A stretch of 62,733 bases of DNA, filler included, from Choristocarpus tenellus KU-1152 (taxonomy: Eukaryota; Protista; Phaeophyceae), in the NCBI GenBank assembly GCA_964200185.2. It is 11 parts of 11 records of this genome, joined end to end, with 100 filler letters (N's around TTAATTAATTAA, not from the genome) between each part and the next. Parts side by side here need not be neighbours in the genome. Positions count along the whole stretch, not along the records: positions 22,671 to 28,061 come from CAXNAD020010940.1; positions 28,162 to 36,908 come from CAXNAD020004376.1; positions 37,009 to 39,797 come from CAXNAD020024745.1; 8 more parts are not named here. The stretch is one strand, 5' to 3'. Of this stretch, positions 24,506 through 38,202 are shown piece after piece (positions within the stretch are counted from its first letter, which is position 1; each line of letters begins with the position of its first letter). The notes beneath the pieces were generated by a model. The model saw only the letters and a program-made list of their open reading frames with translations, was not told the DNA's origin and searched no databases. The position numbers and the translations under genes were made by a program.

Positions 24506-26584
24506 CATATCTGCACCCTTTAATAACACCTCAAAGAACGTGCTTATTGTGAGATTTGTCGAGAAACGTGACTATTCGTCACATCCTCTAAACCGATAGT
24601 AAGTAGACTACCATAGTTGGTTACAGTCCGACACAGATGTGTACGTATACAAACTAGCAGGTTGTGAATTATGTTAATTTAACACTATTTGACACCATTG
24701 AGAACTACTGTAAGGATGCGTACACTGGCGAAAATGATATCTTTGCACAACAGGACGAATCAGAGTGGGGAGTAATGTTCACCGTCAGGGCCCTTGTTGT
24801 GAAGAGAAGGCTCTGTCGGATATTTCAATGCCACCATTCCGTCAACCACAAGCAAACTCCTGCGGTCAAACGGAGAGGCCTCCCACCATACGTAATTGAT
24901 AGCTGATACATTTTCCTGATGGTTGATGAGCTAGATTAGGCTTGTGATTAACGTCTCGTGGAACTCTTCCCTTATTTCTAGACCATCTTCATAGTGTCAA
25001 TTTAGGACCAGTTTCAACTACGACGGCTATTTTGGTAGTTTCCTTGTTTTCTTGTTTTCTTGTTTTCAAATACAACACTGCAATTAATTATTTTAGAATA
25101 TCCGAAATGATTTTTCCTGACAAAAATGCTGACTCTATAGTTTTCATGGTCGTTTTCTTGACGTTATGCTTCATTACATTTTGTTTCTTTTTTTCTCCTA
25201 CAGGGCAACATCGTCAAAATGTTAGTGGGCACAATAATAAAAACAATCAATTGTGACCTTTGTTGAAATATATTTTTACCTGTTACCTGTTATATAAACA
25301 GGTATATATATACATATCAATATATGTTTTGAAGCTACAAAAAAATTAATGACAACAGATTCCAAAATCTCCGAATATTCGAATATTATGTAAGAATGTT
25401 AAGGAAACGAACCTTCAATATTTTTATTATCATACCCTCTGACATTTTGCAGATGTTTCAGAGGGAAAACCATTGAAAACTATACTTCAATAAAATACTT
25501 CAATAATGGAAAAAACAGGAATTTTTGAAATAACGTTTTATTGTTATATATGGTAAGGAACGGATTGATACATACATGATACATTTCTGGAAGATATGAT
25601 AACATGGAACCTGTGTCGTTTTTACTGTGGCAGCTACAGGGGAAGTGATCTACTCATAGATAGATATAGATAGATGTATGTCGCCCTTCCCATATCGTAT
25701 TAACTCTCCCGTGAAAGTGGATGTACTCTTTGTCTGCTCTCCTCAAGTACGTCTGTCAAGAATGCGTGACAGAATAGGAAAGAGGAGGATACCAGGTAGT
25801 ATCTGAACAAGACCTAACGAAGTCCAAATGTCTCGTCTTTGGAACACCGTCCAAGGGAATCACACAGGAATGAGTGGGCTGGGGTTATTATTGACGACAG
25901 TGGTCATATATGGTGATCAAAAGCAGAAGGAATCTTTTTTAGGGCTTTTCGTGTCCTTGTAAGTTTGACCGATAGTTGGTGGACAGACTTCTACCCCTGT
26001 GTATGTTAATGATGAAGGGGATTAGTCTTCCGAAGACAATAGTACTCTCTTTTGTATTTCGTTTATGGTGGGAGAAGAGTCTCTATTTGAAAGAACTCTA
26101 TTTTGCACGGTTATTTGACTTCTTATGTTTGTGTTTTATTTATGCCTTCAATGCTTGTACGTGGTCTTGATGTTGAGATAGATATAGATCTCTTGTCATA
26201 TATTTTATAGTAAGGAGGTACATTATCCCATTCTCAAGTGAGTGAACTTGACGCTAAAGAGTAAACCACAAAAACCCAATACTTGGAACAGGATTTCTTA
26301 ACCATTTTCAGCATCACCACATCCAACAACAGGAAAATAAGAGCAAAAAACATAAATCTTGGTGTCACGCTACAATGATGGCTGTCGCATCAACTTTGTC
26401 ATGGCATAACCTTTGATCAACAACATTTTTTTTCATGAAAATTCATTTGTTGTAATCGCATCGGCATGCTTAACCTCATTTGATGGGTCTCCGTTGGCCA
26501 ACTTGCAGTAATCATGAGAAATACAGGACTATACTTAAATAAAGTAGTCCGCTCGCGCGAATCGCGCAGTAAACGATGATTTTG

Positions 26585-28061
26585 ACATCTTGGCAACAGA
26601 AAAGGTTGAATCCTAGATCAGGGACATGGGCGACATTTTAAAGGGGTATTTCTACCTCCTTGTTGTCACGTGACGGAAAAAAGATGATTATATTACCATG
26701 ACCAGCAATGCAAAAGGAATTTTGACTGGCAGTGACTACCCTTTCATTTCCAACGCAAGGCTTGTAGTTAGTCATGTGAGTTATCATATTGGTTACATAA
26801 CATGAAGCTGCACTGTCCAAAATCCATTCTTCCCTCTCGCCGCCAATCCCAACACATGACACCAAACATTCGTTTGCCCCACACTTGCCTGGAGCATTGC
26901 TGCTCGGAGAAGTCCTCAGTGGCGACCAGTAGTGCGTATAGCTCATCGTTGCCGCAGCTGCTGGTACTTTCCCCAGTAATGCAGGAAGGATTCGCCTCGG
27001 TCTTGATCTCTTCCTTCCCAGACTGAATCGTAGTCAAGAACACCGAAGTACACGTTGTTGCATCATGGGCACGTCCATCACATTTGGTGCAAATGCGGTT
27101 TGGGCAATCTGTCTTTTCATGACCATGCTTACCGCATCTCTCACAAGGAATCTTCTCGGAACGTTTTGGGTTGGAATTAGAACCATGTTTCTTTCTTCCA
27201 CCATTAAATTTACATTCAACCCCGCGACCTTGGCCGTTGCGATGAGGCTGACTCTTCCCTTGCGATGAGATGTTAATGACCAAAGCATGGTTGTTCTTTT
27301 GTCTTGAGTCCTTGCCCTGATGAAGGGAAGCACATCGCTCTCTAGCAGTTTTCTCTATGTCTGCTCAACATAGTGTTCTCTGTGAGGCCATCATACGTAT
27401 CTCGGTATATCGTAATCTGATCCGAGAGCACTCAGGAACTGTAGCAGCAGCTTGTCCGAGATCACCAGATCCATTGATAGCATCCTCCCCCGAAGCTCTT
27501 CCAAGTGGTTTAAGGTCAGGATCGGATTTGCCCCCTTCTCCACCTTTGCAGTGAAAAACTCACGGAACAAATGTTGGCTATTACCCACTGTATTGGGCAT
27601 AGCTCGCTCGGACTTTGGTGCGTATAGCACAGTGCCCTGGTGGTGGGTGCAACGAGAGCAACTCTAAGTGCATGGTAGGCCTCTTCGGCCATCCAGATAT
27701 CATTCGCACTGAAGCCGTCCGAGAGAAGTTCTTCGTAGGAGCGTTCTTGATGGACTGGCCTTTCACTTGTCAACGCATCCAAACAGTGGGTATATCGGCA
27801 ATGAACGATGAAACGCCTCCGCCAGTCCCGGTAGTCCGAGTCGTCCAATAGCTTCGGTGGTTGGGTTCTTGATCTCTTTGTCGTAGGGTGAACAATATGT
27901 GCGCCTGTCCCTAAGCTCTCTGAAGAACCGGACCTCCGGCTTGCTCCACTTCGGATGCTCCCAGCATCCAAACTGTTTCCCCTCTCTGGGAATTTTTCCC
28001 TCAACATGGGTTCCATAGGACCCACTTCGACTGGTATGCCCCCAGCCGGAGACCGTGTGCT
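26585..28061 (-). mobile_element. Ty1/Copia gag and protease relic
   Basis: Gag DDSDYRDWRRRF and LLQFLSALGSDYD, two CCHC knuckles (CERCGKHGHEKTDC, CTKCDGRAHDATTC), protease EWILDSAASCYVT and NVAHVPDLGFNL. Multiple frameshifts. Confidence 0.88.
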
Positions 28062-28177
28062 NNNNNNNNNNNNNNNNNNNNNNNNNNNNNNNNNNNNNNN
28101 NNNNNTTAATTAATTAANNNNNNNNNNNNNNNNNNNNNNNNNNNNNNNNNNNNNNNNNNNNAAAAAAAAAGAAAAGA

Positions 28178-28216
<39 letters not shown>

Positions 28217-29716
28217 GGGGCATAGATGACAAAAGGCATGATGGTAAGAACGGAAGTGGGTCAAGGACTTAGAGAAAACAAGCAGAAGAGGCCGACTGGT
28301 TCACTAATTAGGGTATGAGTGGGTGTAAGAGAACATGTTGTCTGGAGGTGGGGGGAGGGGGGGAGGTCAGCAAAGGTGGTCGCAACCACAGTACAATACA
28401 CGATCATAGTTGGGTGGTGTTTCACAGACAAAGTTACTGAGTAGGATAGAGAGAGCTAGATTCTTCGGAAATGGGTTCAGGGGATGAGTCACAGATACAT
28501 GTCATGTCGCCACAACAGCCACATTCCGAGAGCAACATAATACACCAGATAATAGAACGGTGGAATTTTGAACAGTAGAATGGTAAGCAAAATTATTTTT
28601 GCGTTTCAGTCTCTTTGACAGTGAGAGAGTGGAGAAAGGCTTTTTTTTTTTCACATCCACATCATCCATGAGCACACACTGAATTATACTCGGTTGCGTA
28701 GGCACATCGTGTAGAGATAATGAGGCGTGAATTATCTAAATAGTGCAATATTGGCAAGGGCATCATGACCACCTTTTTGTGTGGCAGCACACTGGCAGAG
28801 AAAAAATTTGAAGGTTGGGTTTGACAAAAATGGTATTGGATGTACAAGAGCAGTCTCTTGTCCTGACCTGGTTCACTCTCTTCTAAAGGATATTTGGATA
28901 ACAGCGACATATAATATTTTGACAAATCAGAGGCCGGGAACCTACCCACGAAGGGGAGTCAGGATTCAGTTCTGCCTTGATTCAATCTCAACACAATTGA
29001 CAGGGTTATTACCATAACCGCCATGATATTGAGTTTATCCAGAGTGCATCGGTTCTCTTTGACATAAATGAAAGTCAATAGCAGCTCCTGTGTCAACACC
29101 CACAACTCCAGTCACTCAAGGCCCCTGCCTTTGATGTTGTCCAATGTTGAATTGAGATGCCGTTGTTCCACCGGGGAAGGGCAGTTGTGCAACTGACTTC
29201 CCCGGTCAAACAGTAGTATATCGATGCTTGACACAACACCAAAGAACCTAACAACCCTCTGACCAGAAACTAGAAAGGAATGTGGGAGCCATCAAAAGAA
29301 GCTTGGATCCAACTGTGACTTTTTGCATATACAAAGGGTCCACACCAACACCCTTCAGTTGGCACTTCAGTTGGCACCACACTCAGTCCTTATCTCATTA
29401 TCCTACAATATCCCTGTGCTGGACAATGTTAGCAGCCAAAACAGTCATTTGAATACATAGTGAAGCCCACATACAGAGCATCATGCTTATTCACTGAGCA
29501 TATCCCTGCCACTACAAGAAGCATCCGAATCTGAACATTCTAATTTATCAACATGATACTCAAAGGTCAAACCTCTAAATGGCCTCTATGACCATCCCTT
29601 GACTGACTAATAATACTGAACAGGTGAAAGTACCCTCTTTCATCATGTCAAAACACTTCATCGGGATCAAAGCACATTGCAAGAAAAAACCTCTGAAATG
29701 ACAGCAAGACACCTAC

Positions 29717-30694
29717 CATGCCCAGCCTCAGTTCTCTCCCTGCCCCCATGGTGTTATTGTCAATGGGACCTGGAGACTCAGCGCCCTCTTCTATTTTCCC
29801 TTTCTCATCTGTTCTCATTATCACATCCATGCCCTCAGCAACACCCTCCTGAGAGCAGAAAGAAGGGGGGCAGAGGTCAAGGACAAAAAGAGTATTGCTA
29901 GAGAGGTTGCGGGCGGGGGGCAAGGCAGGGATATATATGTATATATAGGAACAAATCGCATCTGTGCTAGTTCCTCCAAATAACCAGCTCTCGGTACACG
30001 ACCTCTTCCAACACCCGACCATGGCCACCAAGTCGTACCAATCTCGAGGTCGAATAAAAATGTTCACGCCGTCAATTCTCACTCACCATATAAGAGACAT
30101 TCTACCGGACTATCTGATCTATATAGGCAGTACAACGTGGTCATTTTCTTGCCCGAAAAGCATTCTCCTCGAGGGACAATTCAGCGACGCGCTTGGTGCC
30201 CACCTCGACCTTGACGTTTCCATTGTTAGTGCCTCCTTGACCTGGCATATCACCTGACGCGGGCTCCCCTTCACTGTCGTAGCGAACATGTGCCTTCCAC
30301 AGCTGCCACCATTTACTGCATAAGACATACCAAACCTTGAGAAAGAGTCACGAAGCAATGACAAAAAAATGGCAAAACACACGCAACATTAGCTGGATAT
30401 AACGATCCAATTCACTCGCTTTTTACAAACCTAGGCACCCCCTGTTACCTGGAAAAGAAGCGATTTACTCCTTGCCCGTCTACACTCCCATATTACGATC
30501 TGGTTCCAGGAAACAAGATCTCACAACAGTCAACTACAGGGTCATTCCTTGTTCGCCCATGTTCGTCCTACCTGACCCTCCTTCATGGGAACCTCCATGG
30601 CCGACTTGATCTTCTGTTTCTGTATCTCTGGCGTGGGTGGAGGAAGAGTTGGAGATGCCGCCCTGGAGCGATCGCCTCCATAACTAACCACCAT
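29717..30694 (-). CDS. Ubiquitin-specific protease with an N-terminal DUSP domain (USP4/11/15-like), 5' part
   Basis: Exons 30694-30572, 30335-30204 and 29848-29717 are all phase 0 and give ...PMKEGQ|VWYVLCSKWWQLWKAHVRYD...|...SPGPIDNNTM...LRLGM. The WY-x4-WW-x2-W and PGPIDN motifs are DUSP hallmarks. The catalytic-domain exons were not found in this contig. Confidence 0.8.
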
Positions 30695-31146
30695 GACTGG
30701 AACTTGGGATTGTTGAATCGATCTGTAAGCACCAAGGGCCGTTAAAAATGCCGATTGAGACTTACGCACACGATTTCCACTGCGAATCTCGTGAATTATC
30801 AACACCAGTTCTCGCCTTCTTGCCTCAGAGTTCTCCCTGAAGGTCTATGGAAGTCCGTCGATCACGATGTCCTCGACTTTCTATTTTCTGAACTTTGTCG
30901 AACAACACCTACCCTCTAACAATAACAATACAATAATATAGAAAGAAAAAAGAACATTTCTGGAGATTTTTTTACTTGTACTTTCATACTACAGGGCGCT
31001 ATGTGGTATTATTCAACATCTCTCACATACAAAAACTCAACCTTCAATTCCAAACTGAAAATATCAAGATATGCGACACATACTCAAACTTCAAAAACTG
31101 TCCATTACTATTACTACTATTGTACTATATATTGAGGGTGAGAAGG

Positions 31147-34100
31147 ATGAGGAACCTTGTCGCTAGGTTGGTGCTAATTCCCACATGCTCGTGGGCTTTC
31201 GTGATCAAAGCTCCTACGACCATGTGCGCTGAAGGTATGGCTTGTGAAGTGAGTCATGGGAGCATAGATTATGCTGGGAAACCTCAGTCATGATAGTCTC
31301 TCAATCCTCCCCTATGTCAACTGCGTTCAACCCCGTTCCACACACCGTCTCCAGTCTCTCCTTCAACACACTCTACCTCCCGGCGAGAATTTCTACGGGA
31401 CTGTACCATGGCAGTCCCCTTGATATTAGTTCCCACAGTCAGTATGGTGCAAGCTGATGAAGGGGATGTTAATGAGGCAGAAGCTCCTCCAACCTCTTCC
31501 AACAGGTTTCGCAATCGAATGAGTAACGAAAGTGAGGGAGAGCTTGGGCCAGGGAAGGCGTCCGTGATAGGGTGGAAGGAGCCGCGTGTTACACAAAGGG
31601 GTTTTATGGACTTGTCCTTTGGGGGGAAGCCTGGAGGAAGACTTGTCTTCTCGGTGAGAGTACCACTTTTGGCACTATTGTATTCGTGGCAATTATGAAT
31701 ATTTTGGAGTTGCTCTTTTTCGTGATGCAAACAAGTATAAACCCCCTACACACTCTCTGACTGGAAACTTCCACATCACTCGACCTTAACTCCCCCCAAC
31801 AGCTCTATGGGGACCAAGTGCCAGAGACTGTAAAAAATTTTGCATCGCTCCTCACGGGTGACAACGAAGGGGGCCTCACATACAAGGGAACGGAAATCTA
31901 CCGTGTCCTGAGTGGTCTCAATATTCAGGTAAGACGCTCCTCAACACCTGGTACAAGAAGCAGTTAGTTGTGTATTAAACGTACAGTTTTCAGGATAGAT
32001 TTTTGTGGGCCTTGGAATGTCTTCTCTTCTGTCCTGTTGATTGCGCAAGTATGAGTGTTGTCCTCTGAGAGTGTATCCAACCGGTCTTAGTCGGCTACAC
32101 CTCTCGACAACTCTGCCCCTGACTTATTGGGTGGGGTGGCTGCTGTTCGTGTTCCTCCAAGCAGATGGGAGCTATTGGCAGTGCAAACGGCCGAACAGGG
32201 CAGGCAGCGGGAGGGAAGCCATTTCCACAAGAAAACTTCGACATTCCGGTGAGCTCCTGGCTTTTGGGTGTGACCTTTTCAGTCTCTGTCCTTCCTCCCA
32301 TCTATCCCACCCATCCAAAGTTCAATTGAATGCATACCTGTGAGCGTGTTCCAAAGTCCCACCATTTTTTTAAGTATCACACATCATGAACTTTGTCCAT
32401 CGCATGCTTTTGCAAAGGAAGAGGTGATACAGATGGACTCCCTGCGCTGGCTTTCCATGAATTATTTATGGAAGCAGCAGCAGCACATTATCAATCCTAC
32501 GTACTCATCCCTCATCTCATCAGGACTTCATCACACGATCACCACTCTTGTCTCTGGGGGATCGATAGTATCTAGCACCACTCTTCGTTTGTAAGTCATG
32601 ATCTATGTTGGCAGCAAAGCTCTCTTATTGAGACGATGGGATGTGCTTGGTCACCCTCTGTGGATGTCTACGTCTGTATAATCTGATATAAATATCTTTC
32701 ACACATCACCTCTCACTCTGTTAAGAAACCATTGGGTCATACTTTGAAGTACATGCGTCAAAGTACATCTATACATATATATATATATGCATCTACATAC
32801 CCCGGTGTAATATAGATGCGTTCATCATATTATATTATATTATATTATTATGCTGTCAATGAGTCAGTTAGAAGTACCGACACCTTGGCGGCAGGCCATA
32901 GGTTTGAGGCAATAGTCCTGTTAATTATCTATGAACATACTACTAGTATATGTTCCCTTATTTGAACGTAAATGTTGCATGGTATGTTGTAACTGAGTGT
33001 AGGCACTGCATGATTTAAAGATGGGAACGAAGGTAAACCTGATCACTCTACGATACATTATGGATTGAATTTGTAATCAAACCGATGCACACTGATTGCA
33101 GAACACATCGTTATATGCCAAAAAAGGGCACAGATAATGGCCTTGTCCACTTACCCACATTCTGAAAGGCGTTGACCTGTGCTAGAGTAGTCTGAAAGGT
33201 GGTGAGAATGATACCGTTGGTCTCTTGTGCTTCTCTGCCTTTCGGTTATAGTGTGGAGTAGTAGAATAGTTTAGTTATGAAAGGGGGGGAGGGCGTTTTT
33301 CATCCAATCACGGTAAGCCCCCTGCATTGCATCAAATTGACTGTATATTACCTCCATAGTGCATCGTGTGTCAATAACTGGATCAACGATTGAGAATGAA
33401 GCAGTAGTTTTGCAAGGTACTTACTCCAGTCCAGAGTTTCTATAGCTGTCTTTGAGAGGTCCGTGCTGAGGGCTGTGTGCTGCGTCCTATATCAATGCTA
33501 TCAGTTCATAATTATTTATAGTGGTTATCCCTCTGTCCGCTCCTCCTCAACTAACCCAGAGCATCAACCTTTTTTTTTATTACCTCTAGTTAAAAGGATT
33601 GGGATTAGGGCTAAAGCAGGCCTTCATCTGCATGAACTGCACATTTAAAGACAGTGGTACTACATCATGTGTATGGATCATACTCGATTTTCTTCAATTT
33701 TGAGGGGTGAAGGCAAAGAATGTGGTAGATCCAGAATAAATAAACATGTGTGTGTGTGTGTGTTTTTGTGCTTCACTTGTACATGGGTTTTTGAGAGACA
33801 CATAATTGCTCTTGTAGTAGATAGTGTTCATACTATTGTAGTACCATGAATGCATATTTGTTTCATGTCTTTGAGGGTAAGGTTTCCTTTATCTTGTTTG
33901 TTGAAGTGGAGCATCTACATTACTATACACATTTTGTATGCCAACAAAACTTGCTCTTGTGCACCTTGATGTTTTTTCCTTTATTGCAATCGCTAACCAT
34001 ATGCCTGGCACCATATGCTCTGGAGTACACATTTATTTTGTTTTACCTCCGAGTATATATATATATATATTTATTTATTTATTTTTAATGCTTGGATTAT

Positions 34101-35131
34101 CTCTATCGTCCGCACCCCCCACCACATGTTACATGTTTTAAATGCATGCAGCACAGGGCAGAGGGCATGTTGAGCATGGCGAAGGACTTGGATGGCAACA
34201 GTGATAGCAGGTGACAGCAGTTGCAGGTAGTCTCGAGCTCCTGTGCTCATGGCCATGATCATTTCTTCAATTTGTGCTGTGTCACGAAGCATCATTTTTG
34301 TGATGGTGTGTCTCCACACATGATCTGAACGTATGAAATCCAGATTACAGAAGTGTGATGGAAGGTGTGTTCACTTATAGGAGTGGGTGGCACCCTCACA
34401 ACTAGGTAGTGGAAAATCCGTTTGAGGGATTCGGTGTGTGCTTGGATCTTGCACAATTCATTTGTTGGTGCTCAAGTGGGACCCCTGAGTGCATCTTGTC
34501 ACTATTTGCACATGGTGGGACTACTGTTGTCTAGCTAGTGATGTGTCCTTGCATATATACTGCTCCATATGAAGTAGAAGAGGTCTCCACACCTTGAATA
34601 TATGTATGCATGTGTATGTGTGTGTGTTTGTTCAAACCTTGTAGCCTAGCATTATGCGGAACCTCATCCCTTGGTCTAAAGGTGAAGGAAAGATATGCGT
34701 CAGAATGTCAGTCATTTCCGCCATCAGAAGGAGGTAGGTTGTGAAGGTATTGCATGCAAAGTTGTCGAAAGCTAGGAACAAGAGTGAGTCAGCAAGTCAG
34801 CTCGCTTAAGGTTTGGGGCATGGTAACTTCATCTTAGGGCATACAACACACGTTTGAGCATTCAGTCCTTACCAAGATTAGAATCATCCCTTTCATGGAA
34901 TGAAAAAAAAGGCATTGTGTTTTATCGCCCCTTGCTTCTGTGAACACCCTCAGGTTTTTCATAAATGTGAAGGAGGATGCAGGGTGGGCAGATGGACGGT
35001 ACGTGGCCTACGGGCGTGTGGCAGAAGGTATGGATGTAATGAAAAAAATCGAGGCAGTGAAAGTCACCGGCGGAAGCAACAAGCCGGTGGAGTCAATTGT
35101 TGTGGAAAATTGTGGTCTTCTGGACGACTGA
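31147..35131 (+). CDS. Cyclophilin-type peptidyl-prolyl isomerase, complete, predicted plastid thylakoid-lumen targeted (6 exons)
   Basis: Exons 31147-31234, 31355-31653, 31803-31928, 32165-32248, 34152-34210 and 34954-35131 are phase-consistent from ATG to TGA. Cyclophilin motifs: GRLVFSLYGDQVPETVKNF, YKGTEIYRV, GMLSMA, SRFFI, WADGRYVAYGRVAEGMDVMKKIE, KPVESIVVENCG. The N-terminus has a signal peptide ending SWA-F, a transit peptide, and a Tat motif SRREFL...VQA-DE. Confidence 0.93.
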
Positions 35132-36691
35132 ATTGTTATCGACCTCTACTTCCAAAGGGGTTGGAAGGTTATGTTTGGGGACAAGGGGGGGGTAGATGCG
35201 AGGACTATCATATAGAGGTTGTGAAAACAGTTTCATCTTTGCTTGTTGTACTTTGGCAGGGAGTCAGTTGTCACAGCCACTTGCAAATAAGCAAATGCAC
35301 GTCAGCACAGCAGGGTATCTGTTGTAGTGTGAAGCGAGGCAGAATGCAGAAGATGTTTACGATTTTGTTGGCATGATGAGCCACACTATGGATTATGAGG
35401 AGTAATAATAATGAAACGATGCATTTCTGTTTTGGAAGGATGCCTTGGTTTTGAAGTATTGGGCAAGTCATTTTTTTCCTCTGAAGTGCTAAATAGAGCT
35501 CTACAACATGCCTTTCAGCATCATTCCAACAACGATTGACCTCACAGAAGTGGTTTATCTTTTTTGATGAAGGCGCAGGTCTGTCCCTCATCTTAGATTA
35601 TCAACATCCCAATAAATGATATGAGGCAGGTGCACCAAGCTTGAAGAGAAAATACTGAGACATACATATTGGGTTCTTCTTAGCTGATATCTTGGCACTC
35701 CTCTGACTTTCAACAAAGAATACGATACATGCACAACACATATTTATTCTGTTTACAGTATAGTTGTTAGAAACATCTACGCATGCATATCATTACCATT
35801 AATCCATCCTTCAACTATTATTAGTTTTGCGAAGTGGCCCCACTGTAACAAGGACTCTGGATGCTCCTTACATATGTACCTTGTAAATTCCGTGTGTACG
35901 TTATTAACTTGCATACTCTTCTCCTTACATTTCTGCTCACAAGTGAGCTCACTCCAATCACTCTTCCTCTACATTTTCCCCGTGTATCTGTAAGGGTACG
36001 GGTTATCAAGTACGTTATTTTTGGTGGTGTGAACCAGTAGAGTATTCTTTTTTTTGTCAGATTCGTTAAATTGAAAAATTCTCGGTATTATACTCCCCAT
36101 ATTCCAATAAGTTCGCTTAAAGTTAAGTAGTTAATTTTCTTTCTATTTCCGTGTTAAACAACAAAAGCCACTGGTGTGGACGACCTTACTCACCATAAGA
36201 AAGACCCACACTCCGTAGTCGCTGTGAGTAGTAGTGGAGGTTGATTCCGTCAAGGTAGCAAAAGCACACCTGAACAGAGTAGATGACAACTGAAAAGGCA
36301 CTTTCAACGATCTCCTCAGCCGGGTAGTGGAAAGAAAGATCTGCATCACCCTTTTCCACTCTTGGACAAACTAGCCCACTGTGATCTAGTCATTAGTCCT
36401 GTTATTGAAACAGGATTGGGAAAGGAGGAGCGTCGAGGGCTTCATTCACATTGGCCATGCTTCTAATACTACTGTGGTTGCCAGGAGACTGTACTGGACC
36501 TCAACTGTGTGCTGTTCACTGTGTACCAATTTATTGCTGATGAGTGATCATAGGTGTGTTACATGTGGTTGCTCATCAAGTGAGAGGCGTCGGCTAAATT
36601 GTTTTTCGTTTGCCTTTGCATATGTGGAGAGAGAGATAGAGTTGAACCTCCTCTATTTCGTACAACGGTAAGTTGCGTGATACTCACTTTT

Positions 36692-36869
36692 GTCTCAAAG
36701 TATCTGGGGGGGGTGGCGGCTGTCAATTTGGATCTAATTTCTTCATGTCGTGATTTTGGGTGATCTGGTTGCATACGTCGGATGGTTAATGTAAGTACAT
36801 TTTTCCTGGTTATGACCCAAATGGACGCCCTGGTGTAGACCCCCCCCCCCCCCCCCGAAACCTTGGGGC
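36692..36869. mobile_element. MITE family A, reverse orientation, at a contig end
   Basis: GTCTCAAAGTATCTGGGGGGGGTGGCGGCTGTC...CCCTGGTGTAGACCCC. Confidence 0.82.
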
Positions 36870-37260
36870 TTTCCTCCCATTTTCCAAAGAGCCTCCCCAA
36901 TTCCCCCCNNNNNNNNNNNNNNNNNNNNNNNNNNNNNNNNNNNNNNNNNNNNTTAATTAATTAANNNNNNNNNNNNNNNNNNNNNNNNNNNNNNNNNNNN
37001 NNNNNNNNACACATGTTCAGTATTATTATGACCTTGAAATTTTGTACATGTTTAATGGATATATATATAGTGTTTACAAACTTTCATTCTAATACTTAGT
37101 TCTACTACTGTGAGATCAACGAAGATGCGAGAACGTTCTTTTATACCCTCACTTACATGTGAGGATTGGGTTTTACACAAAGGATCAAACATGTTCTGTA
37201 AACTCCGTATCTTGACATCAATGCAACGATTTTCAATTGTATTTCGCCTTGTGAAAACTG

Positions 37261-37583
37261 TTAACCCTTTAGGATTGATGCGTATTTGGTTGGAATTGAT
37301 TGTGGTCCGATGGGCGAGAGGACGATTTTCCTCACTAAAATCAAGTTACTTTGACATTCGTCCGTCCGTCGTCCAGTATCTGACTGGGAGACCTGTTTCT
37401 TCTCTCCCAGGACGAGATTTTTCACGGAAGAAGAAGAGTCGTGATCCTCCATGTCTTCACTGTGTGCAACCCTAAACTCTTTATTGTTATTTTAACTCCA
37501 CTGCTATTCCTAAACGCTCATCAGACACCAGCCAGCCAGCCGGCCCTCATCACTCACCTTGACCAATAATGCACACTTTCCAT
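37261..37583 (-). CDS. Possible 5' exons of a gene of unknown function
   Basis: ATG at 37583, a donor AG|GTGAGT after 37558 and an acceptor TTTAG at about 37473 splice in phase to MESVHYWSR|VAHSEDMEDHDSSSSVKNLVLGEKKQ. No recognisable domain. Confidence 0.3.
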
Positions 37584-37900
37584 CGTAGTCGCGACCTCTC
37601 TTCGATTCTTGTTCCGCAGTGATTGGCTGGTCCACTTGATCAAGCGCGAGCCCTCCTCTCGACACACGGCAATCGCCAGCGCGTACGCTCTTCCCAACCT
37701 CAGCCTTCGACTTCTGTGAAACTTGAAGCCTGGACCGCACCACGATATCCGGCATGTCCTTCGACAGAGGGGCTTCCACAGCAATTGTGGTGAGTTCTGC
37801 GTGGACACTGTACGTCGTAGTGAGCTGCGCGCGAAGGTTAAGCTCCGAATGTCTGGCACAGATCGTGTTTGCAGGAACGAAACGGTCGAGGTGGGCTTAA

Positions 37901-38202
37901 CTTGATTAATATCGAGGTGATGTGAGGCAAGTTGATCGGTGAATCAGCATATCAAATTAAAGCTGAGATCATAGGCAGTCGATTGGCGCAAAGAAATCCA
38001 ATCACAAAAAAAATCTTGATATGATTATCAGCGATTTTCATTTTTGGGGCAATTCAACCGAACGTTTCGGCATGTACTAACTCAACACAAAGTAATTTGC
38101 GATCGGATTTCTTTGCCCCAATCGACAGCATTTGATCTCAGCTTTAATTTGATATGCTGATCACCAATCAGATCTCCTTACATCACCTCGATATTAATCA
38201 AG
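37901..38202. repeat. Fold-back element with ~105-bp imperfect inverted arms
   Basis: CTTGATTAATATCGAGGTGATGT...TCAGCATATCAAATTAAAGCTGAGATCA at the left is mirrored by TGATCTCAGCTTTAATTTGATATGCTGA...ACATCACCTCGATATTAATCAAG at the right. Confidence 0.88.

Noticed and set aside
304-30694. Ubiquitin-related cluster linking the DUF2009 and USP genes
   Set aside because: The genes are on different contigs joined artificially; there is no evidence of linkage.
36191-36268. Exon-like block on the minus strand (CAG...GTGAGT)
   Set aside because: Two frames are open and no partner exon or motif was found, so it cannot be assigned.
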